Origin: Bacteroidota bacterium
GTDB taxonomy: Bacteria > Bacteroidota > Bacteroidia > Bacteroidales > Prolixibacteraceae
Direction: 5' to 3'
NCBI GenBank assembly: GCA_023251455.1
Contig: JAHEYT010000046.1
Coordinates: forward strand, 6,258 to 70,257
Length of the DNA: 64,000 nucleotides
The position numbers and the translations under genes are program-made. Under the pieces are notes generated by a model. That model was not told where the DNA came from. It did no database searches and saw nothing but the letters and a program-made list of their open reading frames with translations. This document shows positions 9,809 through 19,935 of the stretch, one piece after another (positions within the stretch are counted from its first letter, which is position 1; each line of letters opens with the position of its first letter).

Positions 9809-10933
9809 CTACTTCATTTTTTCTGCTTTAATAGAAGCTTTGATTGCTTTGGAAATTGTTTCCCAGTATTTCCGGTGAAAATCGCGGTCTTCGGGCGAAA
9901 GGTTTTCGAAGTACGACTTTGGCGCGTCAGTTGGGGTAAATTTCAGCATTTTACCTTCCTTGTAAAGCGCCGGAACTTCAGGATGAAACTGAACCGCAAA
10001 AACATTTTCGTACAACCGGTGCTGAATGCCCTCGATAACCTGCCCGTCCATCGATGTTGCAGTGACGATCAGGTTTTTACCTAATTCATCGATTGACTGA
10101 TGATGAGCGCTTAAAACTAAAGGCCGCAGACTTTTATCAGCCTTTACTTTTTCAAGGAAAAACGGATGAGCTGTGTATACGATCTGGTGAAAATTATCAT
10201 CCATTAATAAAGTATCCTTTGTAATTTCTTGCCAGTAATTCCGGTGAAGCTGGTCTTTTTTCAGCTTCAGGGTTTCTTCTGCGTTTTTCTTGCTATATGT
10301 TTGTGCCGGAATATCCTGAGTTAACGTACCTCCTGAAGCTACATTTATGCTTTGTAACCCGAGGCAAAACCCTGTGATAAAATAGCCCGGTTTTTCTTTC
10401 AGAAAAGGCAAAAATTCTTCGCTTTGATAACCTCCCAACAAGTGATACAAAAAACTTAATTCAAATAAATGCCGGTTAGGATCGGTTACTACTGAATACA
10501 TGTTTTTTTGACCATAGATTTCAGGTTGAATATCGGGTCCGCCAAAAAAGAAAATCCCAACTGAATGATCGAACAGCTTTTTAAAGATATCAGTCCATTC
10601 GTTTTGTTCGAAAATTTGCGTCGAACTCATAACTCCATCCAGTTTCTGAAGGTGAAACCGGCTCATTTCTGGTTTTTTCAGAAGTGCCACCGATTGATTG
10701 TAATCATAGTTCTCTGCCTGGGAATAAACTCCAATAAATTCGATTTCGGGAAGTTGAAAAATATGATTAGTGAGCAGAAAATTGATTGTTTCAATATTTT
10801 TAACCGTTGGATGATCGAGCAAAACATAGGTTTTATTCGGCGAAAGTTCCTTCTCTAAGAAATTCTGGCTGAATGCCTCATTCTGAAATAATATTAAAAC
10901 GAATATGATGAGCAGCTTTCCGAAGTTTTTCAT
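9809..10933 (-). CDS. Peptidase C26 / gamma-glutamyl-GABA hydrolase-like class I glutamine amidotransferase, with signal peptide
   Basis: GGPDIQP, GFCLGLQSINVASGGTL, SAHHQ and VQFHPE give the Cys-His-Glu triad; N-terminal signal peptide ending AFS-Q. Confidence 0.8.
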   Translation of the reverse strand: MKNFGKLLIIFVLILFQNEAFSQNFLEKELSPNKTYVLLDHPTVKNIETINFLLTNHIFQLPEIEFIGVYSQAENYDYNQSVALLKKPEMSRFHLQKLDGVMSSTQIFEQNEWTDIFKKLFDHSVGIFFFGGPDIQPEIYGQKNMYSVVTDPNRHLFELSFLYHLLGGYQSEEFLPFLKEKPGYFITGFCLGLQSINVASGGTLTQDIPAQTYSKKNAEETLKLKKDQLHRNYWQEITKDTLLMDDNFHQIVYTAHPFFLEKVKADKSLRPLVLSAHHQSIDELGKNLIVTATSMDGQVIEGIQHRLYENVFAVQFHPEVPALYKEGKMLKFTPTDAPKSYFENLSPEDRDFHRKYWETISKAIKASIKAEKMK

Positions 10934-11169
10934 GGCTTAAGCATTTTATTTAAAGCGTTGATTTGTAAATTCCAATTTACGAAACATTTCTCCTCTGGTA
11001 ATTCAGAAATATATTATAGACAGTTGAAAAGATAATAGACACCTATTTTGTTTTGAAAATAATTTTTGCCTGAAATTAACGTTTTTCATCCGAAGTGTGA
11101 AAAGAGTAGAGATGTTTGTTTTATTTGTTATTTTTAAAACTTCGAAATACAGATCAAAAAAAACTGATT

Positions 11170-12606
11170 ATGTCATTTAAACTGTTTATTGCCAGTACTT
11201 TTGGGTTGATTAAGTCGACCGCAAAATTAGAAACTGCTCACGAAGCCCTTCTTGCTGATTACCAAACATTCTGCGAATTTGAAAAATCAGCAGAATTAAA
11301 AGAATATAATGAGCTGGAAATGCTGGTTAAATCACCAACTTTTTTACAAAAGAAAAGGGAAATTCAGCATTTAGGTTTTAAAGGCAGTAAAGAAGCCGCA
11401 GAGTTGGCAGAGTTGAAAAAACTGAGTCACAACAGTCGTTTGCAGAAGTTTTATACTACCCTGAATTCGGACGAATTAAAACGGTTTGATCGGATTTCCG
11501 GTTCCGAAACAATGAAAAAATACAAGGAACTTAAAACCGGAGTTGAAAAGCATTCGCTGGATGCCTTGAAAAATATGGACAAACAGTCGAAGGAGTATGC
11601 GTTATATAGCGAATTTGAGAAATTGAAAGACTCTGACGATTTGACTTTTTTCAGAGATTTCAGAAAATCGGCGGCATTTAAAAACTACGAATTGATGTTG
11701 GATTCGACTGAGCACAAACGTCATGAGGAGTTAAAGAAAATTACCGAGTCGGATAAATTTAAAGCCAGGGTTGCTTATCTGGAAGACACACACAAGTGGG
11801 AGAAAACTGAAGAACATGCCAGGGAATCTCGGTTTGCAGAATTAAAGAAATTGCCTCAACTGGTTAATTATCAAAAATATCATAATTCAAACGCATTTGA
11901 TTTTTTCAAGAAATGGGATTTGGTTTTCGAAGACCGTTTTAGCTCGGGTAAACTTGATCATGAAAGTTGGATGACCCAATCGCATTGGGCCAGTAAGACA
12001 TTGGGCCGAAATTTTTCTCAGGTGGGCGATTTGCATGCGTTTACCGAAGGACGCAATGTGTCGGTTGAGTTCAACACGATGAAAATTGAGGTTCGGAAAG
12101 AGAAGACCCACGGAATGCAATGGCAGATTCCTTTCGGATTTGTTGAGCAGGAATTTGACTATTCTTCTGGTATGGTTTCAACTGCCGGAGTTGAGTGGTG
12201 GAAGCATGGAATTCTGGAAGCCAAAGTCAAATATGAGCCATCGCACCATTTGGTTGATGCTATTTATTTATTGGGCGAAGAAACTTCACCACAAATTAAT
12301 CTGGTAGAGATGGGCGTTAAGAACCGAATGGGTATGCTCACCAAAACTGCCGATGGAGTTCATGCCGAATCTGAGAGTATCTCTGGCCTTAAAGCTGGTG
12401 AATTCTATATTTTCAGGCTCGAATGGAATGCCCATTCACTGGTTTGGAAAATTAATGGCAGAGAGATTTTTACTCTGGCCAACAATGTGCCAGCGTTTAA
12501 AATGCACCTGAATATGGCGTCTATTGTAGTTTCGGAACCAACCGATTTGCCGCATCGTTTCGAGATTGACTGGGTGAGATTCTATCAGCACAAACACAAA
12601 GCGTAA
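11170..12606 (+). CDS. Lys/Glu-rich helical-repeat protein with a C-terminal GH16-like (ConA/LamG) domain, catalytic motif degenerate
   Basis: WDLVFEDRF, YSSGMV, GILEAKVK, FRLEW and FEIDWVRFYQ are GH16 hallmarks; the ExDxxE position reads QINLVE. Confidence 0.7.
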   Translation: MSFKLFIASTFGLIKSTAKLETAHEALLADYQTFCEFEKSAELKEYNELEMLVKSPTFLQKKREIQHLGFKGSKEAAELAELKKLSHNSRLQKFYTTLNSDELKRFDRISGSETMKKYKELKTGVEKHSLDALKNMDKQSKEYALYSEFEKLKDSDDLTFFRDFRKSAAFKNYELMLDSTEHKRHEELKKITESDKFKARVAYLEDTHKWEKTEEHARESRFAELKKLPQLVNYQKYHNSNAFDFFKKWDLVFEDRFSSGKLDHESWMTQSHWASKTLGRNFSQVGDLHAFTEGRNVSVEFNTMKIEVRKEKTHGMQWQIPFGFVEQEFDYSSGMVSTAGVEWWKHGILEAKVKYEPSHHLVDAIYLLGEETSPQINLVEMGVKNRMGMLTKTADGVHAESESISGLKAGEFYIFRLEWNAHSLVWKINGREIFTLANNVPAFKMHLNMASIVVSEPTDLPHRFEIDWVRFYQHKHKA

Positions 12607-12762
12607 AAAGATGTGAAGATTTGGGGATTTGAAGATTTGAAAATGAAATGGCTTGTAGTTTGATTTTTTTTGAACTTCGAACTTTAGACACTTCGAATTC
12701 CGAACTCGCGGTTCGCAACATTTATAAATAATCAATCATAAATAATCAGTAATAAATTTTGA

Positions 12763-13095
12763 ATGAACTGGACTGACGGATTTTTAGGCGCAATTACGGT
12801 TTGCGACCGCGAAGGAATTGTAGTTTACATGAATGAACAATCGAAAATGCAGTTTGCCAAATCGGGCGATGGCGATTTATTGGGTAAGAGCCTGATTGAA
12901 TGCCACCCTGAGCCTGCTCGAAGTTTACTGATGAAAATGCTGGCCGAACCAATGCCTAACTCATATACCATCGAAAAACGAGGAATCCGGAAGATGATTC
13001 ACCAAACGCCCTGGATGGAAAATGGTGAATTTATGGGAGTGGTCGAAATGTCGTTCGAAATACCAATGGACTTGCCTCATCATATCAGAAGCTAA
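12763..13095 (+). CDS. Standalone PAS-domain protein
   Basis: AITVCDREGIVVYMN...GKSLIECHPE PAS pattern; 110 aa. Confidence 0.7.
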   Translation: MNWTDGFLGAITVCDREGIVVYMNEQSKMQFAKSGDGDLLGKSLIECHPEPARSLLMKMLAEPMPNSYTIEKRGIRKMIHQTPWMENGEFMGVVEMSFEIPMDLPHHIRS

Positions 13096-13210
13096 AGAGA
13101 CCATCGCATTTCTTGAATTTCAGTTAGTTCAACATTTTTAACATATCTTAAATTTCATTGTTAACTAAATGCTTTAATTTTGGTATTCCTATTCCAAAAC
13201 CGAATCCTGC

Positions 13211-15853
13211 ATGAATTTAAGATTTACTATTCCTGTTATTCTGTTCTTTTTTTCAATTATTTCTGCATTTTCCCAGGGCATTCGTGGCCGTATCACTAAT
13301 AATCAGGGTGAGGTCATCCCGTTCGCAACCATATACATTCCCGATTTATCAACCGGCACCACTTCGAATAGCGATGGAAAATACGAATTAAAACTTCCGG
13401 AAGGACAGCGAAAAGTATTGTTTCAATGTTTGGGCTACGAGACACAAACCCTTGAACCTCAAATTGGGAAGAATTTTCAGGAAATTAACATCAGGCTGAA
13501 TACGCAGGAATACCAGATTCCGGAGATCAAAGTAATGGCTTCGGGCGAAAACCCTGCTTATTACATTATGCGCCGGGCTATTGCAATGGCTCCGTATTAC
13601 CAAAAGCAGGTGTCGAAGTATTCATGCAAAGTGTACCTGAAAGGATCAGGCAATTTTGAAAAGATACCATTCCTGCTTGAAAAACAGATGAAAAAGGGTG
13701 GACTTAAAGAGAATCAACCCTTTGTAATGGAAACGGTTAGCCAGATTGATTTTGAATTACCCGACCGTCTGAATCAAAAGGTTTTGGCTATGCGTTCATC
13801 AGGAAAAGAAAATAACACATCGCCCATGGGTATGATAACCAATAATTTGTACGATGCCGAAAAGTATGGAGTTGTTTCGCCGGTTGGAAAAAATGCGCTG
13901 AAGGTTTACAACTTTATTCTGGCTGGTGTATTTGAAGATCAGGGACGCACGATCAACAAAATCTCAGTTATCCCGAAGACCAATGGGAAAGATGTGTTTT
14001 CGGGTTTCATTTATATTGCCGACGAGTTTTGGAATATTCATTCAGCAGATTTGCATCTGCATATTCCGATGACTGACGTCAATGTCCGCCAATTTTACGC
14101 CGAAGTAAATAAAAATACATGGATGCCAGTGAGCCTCGATTTTGATATGGATTTCTCAGGATTTGGCCTGAAAATGAAATATAAGTATGTCGCTTCGATT
14201 AACGAATATAAAACCACCTTAAATCCGGCACTGGACCATAGTTTTCTGGATCGGTTAAAAAAGCAACAACTGGATGAACAGACCGTTGTTGATGCATTTA
14301 TTGCGAAAGAAAATACTGCACAGCAAACCGCAGAAAAGTCGAAAGAACAAAAGCAGATTGATGTACTGATGCAGAAACCCAAATTGACAAATCGTGAAAC
14401 GGTTAAGCTGAACCGGATGGTTGAAACTGAAGCCAAGCGCAATAGTCCGCCCGAACCTCTTGAAATAAAGTCGAGCTTTAAGGTAAGCCAAAAGCAGGTG
14501 AACAACGATTCGGCATACTGGAAAACATTGCGGCCAATTCCACTCACTGAATCGGAGAAGAACAGCTTTGCAACAAAGGATTCTTTTTTACAAGTTTCGG
14601 CAAAACCCGAATACCAGGATTCGGTGCGAAACTCGAAGCGAAAATTTAAGATTAAACATTTGCTATTTGGGAAAACATACGATTATTCCATCGATTCGAC
14701 ACGACAATATGAACGGTTTACGATCCCGAACTTAACAGCGCCAACTTCGCTATCATTCAACTCTGTCGACGGATTACGGGCAGCACTGCCTTTCAGTTAT
14801 TTCAGATCAGACAGCACCGGTCACTTGTTGCGTCTCGAACAACAATTCGCCTATGCCTTTGGCCGCGAAAAGCTGGATGCATCTTTTTCGTTCAGCCGCC
14901 GAACCAATGGCATGACCAACACTTGGATTTCTGCCAGTTTAGGAACCACAACCGAAGACTTTAACAGGACTTCAGGATTATTGCAAATGACCAACGATTT
15001 TTATACCATTTGGCTCGAAGAAAACCACAAACGATTTTATCGACGTGATTTCGTGCAATTGAATACCAGCCGCGACCTGTCGAACGGATTAAATATGGAT
15101 GTAACCCTTGATTATAGCGACAACAGCGCACTAAGTAATCATTCAACCTACTCATTTATCGATTACGATGATAAGGTGATTCAGCCCAATATTCCTATAA
15201 ACAATTCTATGGAAGCGTGGCAGCTCGAAAATCATCAAACGTTTGCCTATCAGGTAGTTTTAGAATACACCCCCAAACACCGGTATCGCATTCGAAATCA
15301 CACTAAAATATATGCTGACAGCAAATTTCCGACTTATTCGCTGACATATAAAAGCGCTTTATCCGGTATTTTCGGAAGCGATGCACGTTACGATCTGGTC
15401 AAACTTGGCATCAGGCAAAAGATCGATTTCGGAATTGACGATCATTTTTTGTACTCGTTGAGCGGTGGTAAATTCCTAAATTCAGATAAGTTGTATTTTG
15501 AAGATTTTCAGCATTTCAACACTCAACCGACCGATTTCATGTTTTCGTCGTATGAAAATAGTTTCAGACTACTACCATTCTATCAGCATTCAACCAGCGA
15601 TAAGTTTCTGGAAGCCCATGCCAATTGGCAGACGCGCCGGTTAATACTGAAACAATTACCGGTAATAAGAAACTCAATGATCACAGAAAGGCTTTTCATA
15701 AATTATTTGATTACTCCGGAATTGAAAAACTATGTGGAAACTGGCTACGGAATCAGCAATTTGTTTTTATTACTGAACGTTGAAGCTGTTGCCGGGTTTG
15801 AAAACGGCAAATTTCGTTCCGCAGGAATAAAGGTAAGTTTAAATTTGAAATAG
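13211..15853 (+). CDS. DUF5686 / carboxypeptidase-regulatory-like domain outer-membrane protein
   Basis: Signal peptide, IRGRIT..GEVIPFATI..GTTSNSDGKY, ENPAYYIMRRAI, YWKTLRPIPLT. Confidence 0.7.
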   Translation: MNLRFTIPVILFFFSIISAFSQGIRGRITNNQGEVIPFATIYIPDLSTGTTSNSDGKYELKLPEGQRKVLFQCLGYETQTLEPQIGKNFQEINIRLNTQEYQIPEIKVMASGENPAYYIMRRAIAMAPYYQKQVSKYSCKVYLKGSGNFEKIPFLLEKQMKKGGLKENQPFVMETVSQIDFELPDRLNQKVLAMRSSGKENNTSPMGMITNNLYDAEKYGVVSPVGKNALKVYNFILAGVFEDQGRTINKISVIPKTNGKDVFSGFIYIADEFWNIHSADLHLHIPMTDVNVRQFYAEVNKNTWMPVSLDFDMDFSGFGLKMKYKYVASINEYKTTLNPALDHSFLDRLKKQQLDEQTVVDAFIAKENTAQQTAEKSKEQKQIDVLMQKPKLTNRETVKLNRMVETEAKRNSPPEPLEIKSSFKVSQKQVNNDSAYWKTLRPIPLTESEKNSFATKDSFLQVSAKPEYQDSVRNSKRKFKIKHLLFGKTYDYSIDSTRQYERFTIPNLTAPTSLSFNSVDGLRAALPFSYFRSDSTGHLLRLEQQFAYAFGREKLDASFSFSRRTNGMTNTWISASLGTTTEDFNRTSGLLQMTNDFYTIWLEENHKRFYRRDFVQLNTSRDLSNGLNMDVTLDYSDNSALSNHSTYSFIDYDDKVIQPNIPINNSMEAWQLENHQTFAYQVVLEYTPKHRYRIRNHTKIYADSKFPTYSLTYKSALSGIFGSDARYDLVKLGIRQKIDFGIDDHFLYSLSGGKFLNSDKLYFEDFQHFNTQPTDFMFSSYENSFRLLPFYQHSTSDKFLEAHANWQTRRLILKQLPVIRNSMITERLFINYLITPELKNYVETGYGISNLFLLLNVEAVAGFENGKFRSAGIKVSLNLK

Positions 15854-15882
15854 ATAAAAAGTGTTGATACCCGCATAATACC

Positions 15883-15910
15883 GTAGAGACGCACGATCGC
15901 GCGTCTCTAT
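15883..15910. repeat. REP-like palindrome GTAGAGACGC-ACGATCGC-GCGTCTCTA
   Basis: GTAG-headed hairpin in the intergenic region; TAGAGACGC pairs with GCGTCTCTA. Confidence 0.7.
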
Positions 15911-16019
15911 CATAGAACAAACAAATCCCCCGGATGACAAATTTCTTGTCGGCATGATCAATTTGTTGAATGAATTGTTATCTTCAATCAACAAAGTCGT
16001 GTAAAGTAAAAATTGGAAC

Positions 16020-17036
16020 ATGGTAACTAAAAAAACAGCGGTAATTTTGATCAATGTCGGTACACCCGATAAACCAACGGTAAAAGCAGTGCGCCGATAT
16101 TTGTCCGAATTTTTGAACGACCGCCGCGTGATTGATATTCCGCTTGTGTTGCAAAAAATATTGGTCAATCTGATTATTGTCCCTTTTCGGGCGCCCAAAT
16201 CAACCAAATTATATTTGCGTTTATGGACCGATAAAGGCTCACCGCTTTTGTATTATTCTGAACAGGTTAAGGCTGAATTGCAAAAAAAACTAGACTCAAA
16301 AGCCGATGTTTTTATGGCCATGCGTTACGGAAATCCATCCATTGGCAAGGCGCTTTCGGCCATTCAGAAAGGTAATTACGACCGCGTGGTGATATTCCCG
16401 ATGTTTCCTCAATATGCGTCTTCGACTAACGGAACAGCCATTCAGGCGGTAATCGATCAGATCCGGCAATGGAATACGATTCCTGAAATACATGCTGTCA
16501 ATCAGTTTTACGACCATCCGGCTTTTCTCGATGCTTTTACCGAAGGTATCCAATCGTATCAGCCTGAAAATTTTGATCATGTAGTTTTCTCGTACCATGG
16601 TTTGCCCAACCGGCATTTGGAGAAAAATCATCCGGAAGAATCGATAACTACCTGTAACTGCGAAACGGCTTTACCTAAATTTGGTAAGTTTTGCTACAAA
16701 GCCACCTGCTATCAAACGACCAGAGAACTAGCTAACCGGCTAGGTCTTAAAAGTGGCCAATATTCAGTTTCATTTCAATCAAGATTATCGAATAACTGGA
16801 TGACGCCCTTTACCGATCAGAATCTGATTTCAAGAGCGAAACAGGGAAGTAAAAACATTTTGGTTGTTGCACCTGCTTTTGTCGCCGATTGTTTGGAAAC
16901 AACGGTTGAAATTGGCTGGGAATACAAGGAAATGTTTATTGAAAATGGCGGCGAAAACCTTCAAATGGTCGAAAGCCTGAACGACTCACCCCGATGGATT
17001 TCGGCTATGGAAGAAATACTGACTCCCTACATGTAG
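16020..17036 (+). CDS. hemH: Ferrochelatase
   Basis: VRRYLSEFLNDRRVID, MRYGNPS, FSYHGLP, FQSR, FVADCLET. Confidence 0.95.
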   Translation: MVTKKTAVILINVGTPDKPTVKAVRRYLSEFLNDRRVIDIPLVLQKILVNLIIVPFRAPKSTKLYLRLWTDKGSPLLYYSEQVKAELQKKLDSKADVFMAMRYGNPSIGKALSAIQKGNYDRVVIFPMFPQYASSTNGTAIQAVIDQIRQWNTIPEIHAVNQFYDHPAFLDAFTEGIQSYQPENFDHVVFSYHGLPNRHLEKNHPEESITTCNCETALPKFGKFCYKATCYQTTRELANRLGLKSGQYSVSFQSRLSNNWMTPFTDQNLISRAKQGSKNILVVAPAFVADCLETTVEIGWEYKEMFIENGGENLQMVESLNDSPRWISAMEEILTPYM

Positions 17037-17042
17037 AAAAGT

Positions 17043-17089
17043 GTCATTAGTCATTGGGAAAGTGCTTCCCCAATGACTAATGACTTTTT
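17043..17089. terminator. Bidirectional hairpin between convergent hemH and ppnP
   Basis: GTCATTAGTCATTGGG...CCCAATGACTAATGAC inverted repeat followed by a T run. Confidence 0.6.
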
Positions 17090-17097
17090 CCTATTGA

Positions 17098-17379
17098 CTA
17101 AACGTACAGGCAATAATACGCAACCTGCCCGTTTGCTTTTACCTTGAATTTTACATCTTTCGCAACTATGAATGTTTCGCCTTTCAGGTAAGTTGTCCAA
17201 ACGGTTTCGCCCGGAAGCATGACATCCAAAATACCGCTGGTAATGGTCATGTGCTCAATGGTGCCAGTCCCGAATTCGTATTCGCCATCTTCCATAACAC
17301 CAATGGTCGCAACACCTTCAGCATTTTCGAGTGCGATCGATTTTACTGTACCTCCGAAATATTCGTTTACTTTTAACAT
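17098..17379 (-). CDS. ppnP: Pyrimidine/purine nucleoside phosphorylase (YaiE/DUF1255)
   Basis: MLKVNEYFGGTVKSIA...GVM..GEYEFGT...YYCLY; 93 aa. Confidence 0.9.
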   Translation of the reverse strand: MLKVNEYFGGTVKSIALENAEGVATIGVMEDGEYEFGTGTIEHMTITSGILDVMLPGETVWTTYLKGETFIVAKDVKFKVKANGQVAYYCLYV

Positions 17380-17547
17380 GATTGTTCTATTTTAGGGATT
17401 AGTATTGAGCAGACAAAAATAAACCTTCCATTTGATTTCAAAACCTCCATCCTCAAAAATCCTTCAGGATTGATGTAAAGTTTAGAGCGGGAGAATGGAA
17501 ACAGAAAACATTCTCTTTCCTAACGACTATTGACTTTTTTCTAAACT

Positions 17548-19839
17548 TTAATACCCTTTCCGGTTGAACAGGATATACCCAACATTGAGCATGGCAAAAA
17601 ACTTGGTCTGACTTTTTTCGTAGTAGTTCACCGAAAAACTGATTGGACCAATGGCAGACTGAAAAACTAAAGCACCAGACCCCATAAAATTGATTGTCGA
17701 AAATGTTTTGTCGCTGTAAACAGCCATGTAGTTGCTTGTTTCATTAATCTCATTTACAGGTGCAAAACCATAGGCTTCGGCCCTGAGATGCAAACCGTCG
17801 GAGAGTTTAAATATGCCTTTTATGCCCGAAGCCAGATATTTGCTGGCATGAAAATTATTCAGGTAAATGGTTTTGCTGTGCGGTATCGGATTAAACGAAG
17901 GAGCCGACAAAATGGTTGAAACGTAATTACTAAAAGGCTTTTTATTACTGAAAACACCTTCGGCCATCAGGCCAAAAGTAAAACGCTTGTTGATTTTAAA
18001 ATACCGATCGTAGCTTCCCTTCAGGAGGAAAAAATTGTGATTATATTGTTGAGACGTGATGCTGTTTGATGTTGTTCCCGGAATGTTTTTCTCTTTTCCT
18101 GAAATGTAATTGAACGACAGGCACGATGATATTCCTTCGGTTGGATATTGTTTGTCGTTAAAGGTATTCGACAGAATACTTGTTGCAGCGGCCAAAGCAT
18201 CAAATTTGGTGTGATCGGGGGTGTCGGTAACTTTAATTGATTCGGTCAGGTAATATTCATTTTTTGCATTTGAAACAGAACCGCCGAAGGTTAGCTTTCC
18301 CCATGTGTTTAATGGAAGGCCCATTTCGAGCCTGAAATTCCCTTCGTTTTGAATAATGTACGGCGGGCGCACATCTTCGAACACAAATTCGGTAGTTGAC
18401 GAGTAATAATCCCAGCGATTTAAAGTGAAATATCCGGCCAGGTAAAAAGGAATTTTAGTAGGATAATCTATTCGGGCCCCGGCTTTTATTGAACTGTAAA
18501 ACCGACCAAAATACATGTTGGTACTCAGCGTGTACGACCGCTCTTTGAACACCCTGTAATCACCGCTTAAAAACCCTTGATTAATTGGTCGGGTCGATAT
18601 ATTTGCCCCAAATTTAATCAGCATTGGGTTATTTTGTTTCACAATCATATGTAAATCGAAATAGCCGGTTTCAGGATTATAGCGCGATACCGGACGCAAC
18701 GATTTGATTTGAGGATCGGAAACCAATTTGAAGTATTCTTTTTTGAGTTCCTTTAAATCAATAATATTGTCGTTGTGTTTCAGGCTTTGTATAATGTATT
18801 TGCGCTGCATGGCATCCTCAACACCTTCAACCTGAACATTCTGAAAGATGAGAAGCGGTTTTTTCATGTTGAACTGACGTCGTTTCTGTTGAAGTTCATC
18901 GGGGCTGATTCTTCGGGAAATACGGTTTTTAATGATTCCAATATTCTTGTTTGCTGTTTCATATCCGGCTTTTTCGATCTGGTCAATCTTCTTAAAATCG
19001 AGCAATCCAACATTGTTAAAGGTTGTTTCCATGAAAACTCCGTCCTTCAGGTCGATGGTGTAATCGGTTTTTTGCATGATCATATTTTCGATCTGCGCCA
19101 TGATGTTATCCGGATCAGGCTTTTCGGGATTATTGGCGACATTATGGCCAATAATGATGTCAGGATTTAACAGTTCCTTCATATCCTGAACAGGGAAATT
19201 ATTGACAATACCTCCGTCAAAAACCAGTGAACCATCAATCTCGATAGGCTTAAAATACAATGGGAAAGTCATTGATCCACGGATTGCCTCACCTAAATCG
19301 CCCTGACGCAAAACGACTTTCCGGTTATTATAAACATCAGTGGCAATGCAGAAATAGGGAACAAAAAGCTGGTTGAAATCGCCTTTATTGATGGCTGTTA
19401 CCGACGAAAACATTTCCATAAAGGCAAAGTCCATTTGTTCTTCAGGAATTAGATTGGTAGGAGGTAATATCTTTAATTTATCTGCCTTTTTCAGCAAATC
19501 TAATTCGAGCCACGACGGATCTTCTTCCGACTTGCTGAAATAGTAGCGGTATTCTTCCTGAATTTTCCCGGTAGTCCAGAACTTAAATTGCTCCGACCGA
19601 AACAATTGTTCCATCTCGTCGGTGGAATAACCAGCAGCGTACAATCCCGCAACAATAGCACCCATCGAAGTTCCGGCAATGTAATCAATCGGAATGCCAT
19701 TTTCCTCAAGCGCCTTAATGACAGCAATATGTGCCAGTCCTTTAGCTCCGCCACCGCTCAAAACCAATCCAACCTTCTGGGCATTTGCCTGAATAGTAAA
19801 AATGTAGATTGATAAAATCAGTATGAGGTATCGTTTCAT
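17548..19839 (-). CDS. Patatin-like phospholipase with POTRA/beta-barrel C-terminus (PlpD-like)
   Basis: Signal peptide, GGGAKG, GTSMG, DGG motifs; amphipathic beta-strand C-terminus ending LNVGYILF. Confidence 0.8.
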   Translation of the reverse strand: MKRYLILILSIYIFTIQANAQKVGLVLSGGGAKGLAHIAVIKALEENGIPIDYIAGTSMGAIVAGLYAAGYSTDEMEQLFRSEQFKFWTTGKIQEEYRYYFSKSEEDPSWLELDLLKKADKLKILPPTNLIPEEQMDFAFMEMFSSVTAINKGDFNQLFVPYFCIATDVYNNRKVVLRQGDLGEAIRGSMTFPLYFKPIEIDGSLVFDGGIVNNFPVQDMKELLNPDIIIGHNVANNPEKPDPDNIMAQIENMIMQKTDYTIDLKDGVFMETTFNNVGLLDFKKIDQIEKAGYETANKNIGIIKNRISRRISPDELQQKRRQFNMKKPLLIFQNVQVEGVEDAMQRKYIIQSLKHNDNIIDLKELKKEYFKLVSDPQIKSLRPVSRYNPETGYFDLHMIVKQNNPMLIKFGANISTRPINQGFLSGDYRVFKERSYTLSTNMYFGRFYSSIKAGARIDYPTKIPFYLAGYFTLNRWDYYSSTTEFVFEDVRPPYIIQNEGNFRLEMGLPLNTWGKLTFGGSVSNAKNEYYLTESIKVTDTPDHTKFDALAAATSILSNTFNDKQYPTEGISSCLSFNYISGKEKNIPGTTSNSITSQQYNHNFFLLKGSYDRYFKINKRFTFGLMAEGVFSNKKPFSNYVSTILSAPSFNPIPHSKTIYLNNFHASKYLASGIKGIFKLSDGLHLRAEAYGFAPVNEINETSNYMAVYSDKTFSTINFMGSGALVFQSAIGPISFSVNYYEKSQTKFFAMLNVGYILFNRKGY

Positions 19840-19935
19840 GGCTAAATCAAATGGTTGCAGCTGACAAAACCAAATTTAACAAATTACTAAACTATAATCA
19901 GGAATTGAGACTTTAAATTATCGTAAAGATTTTCA

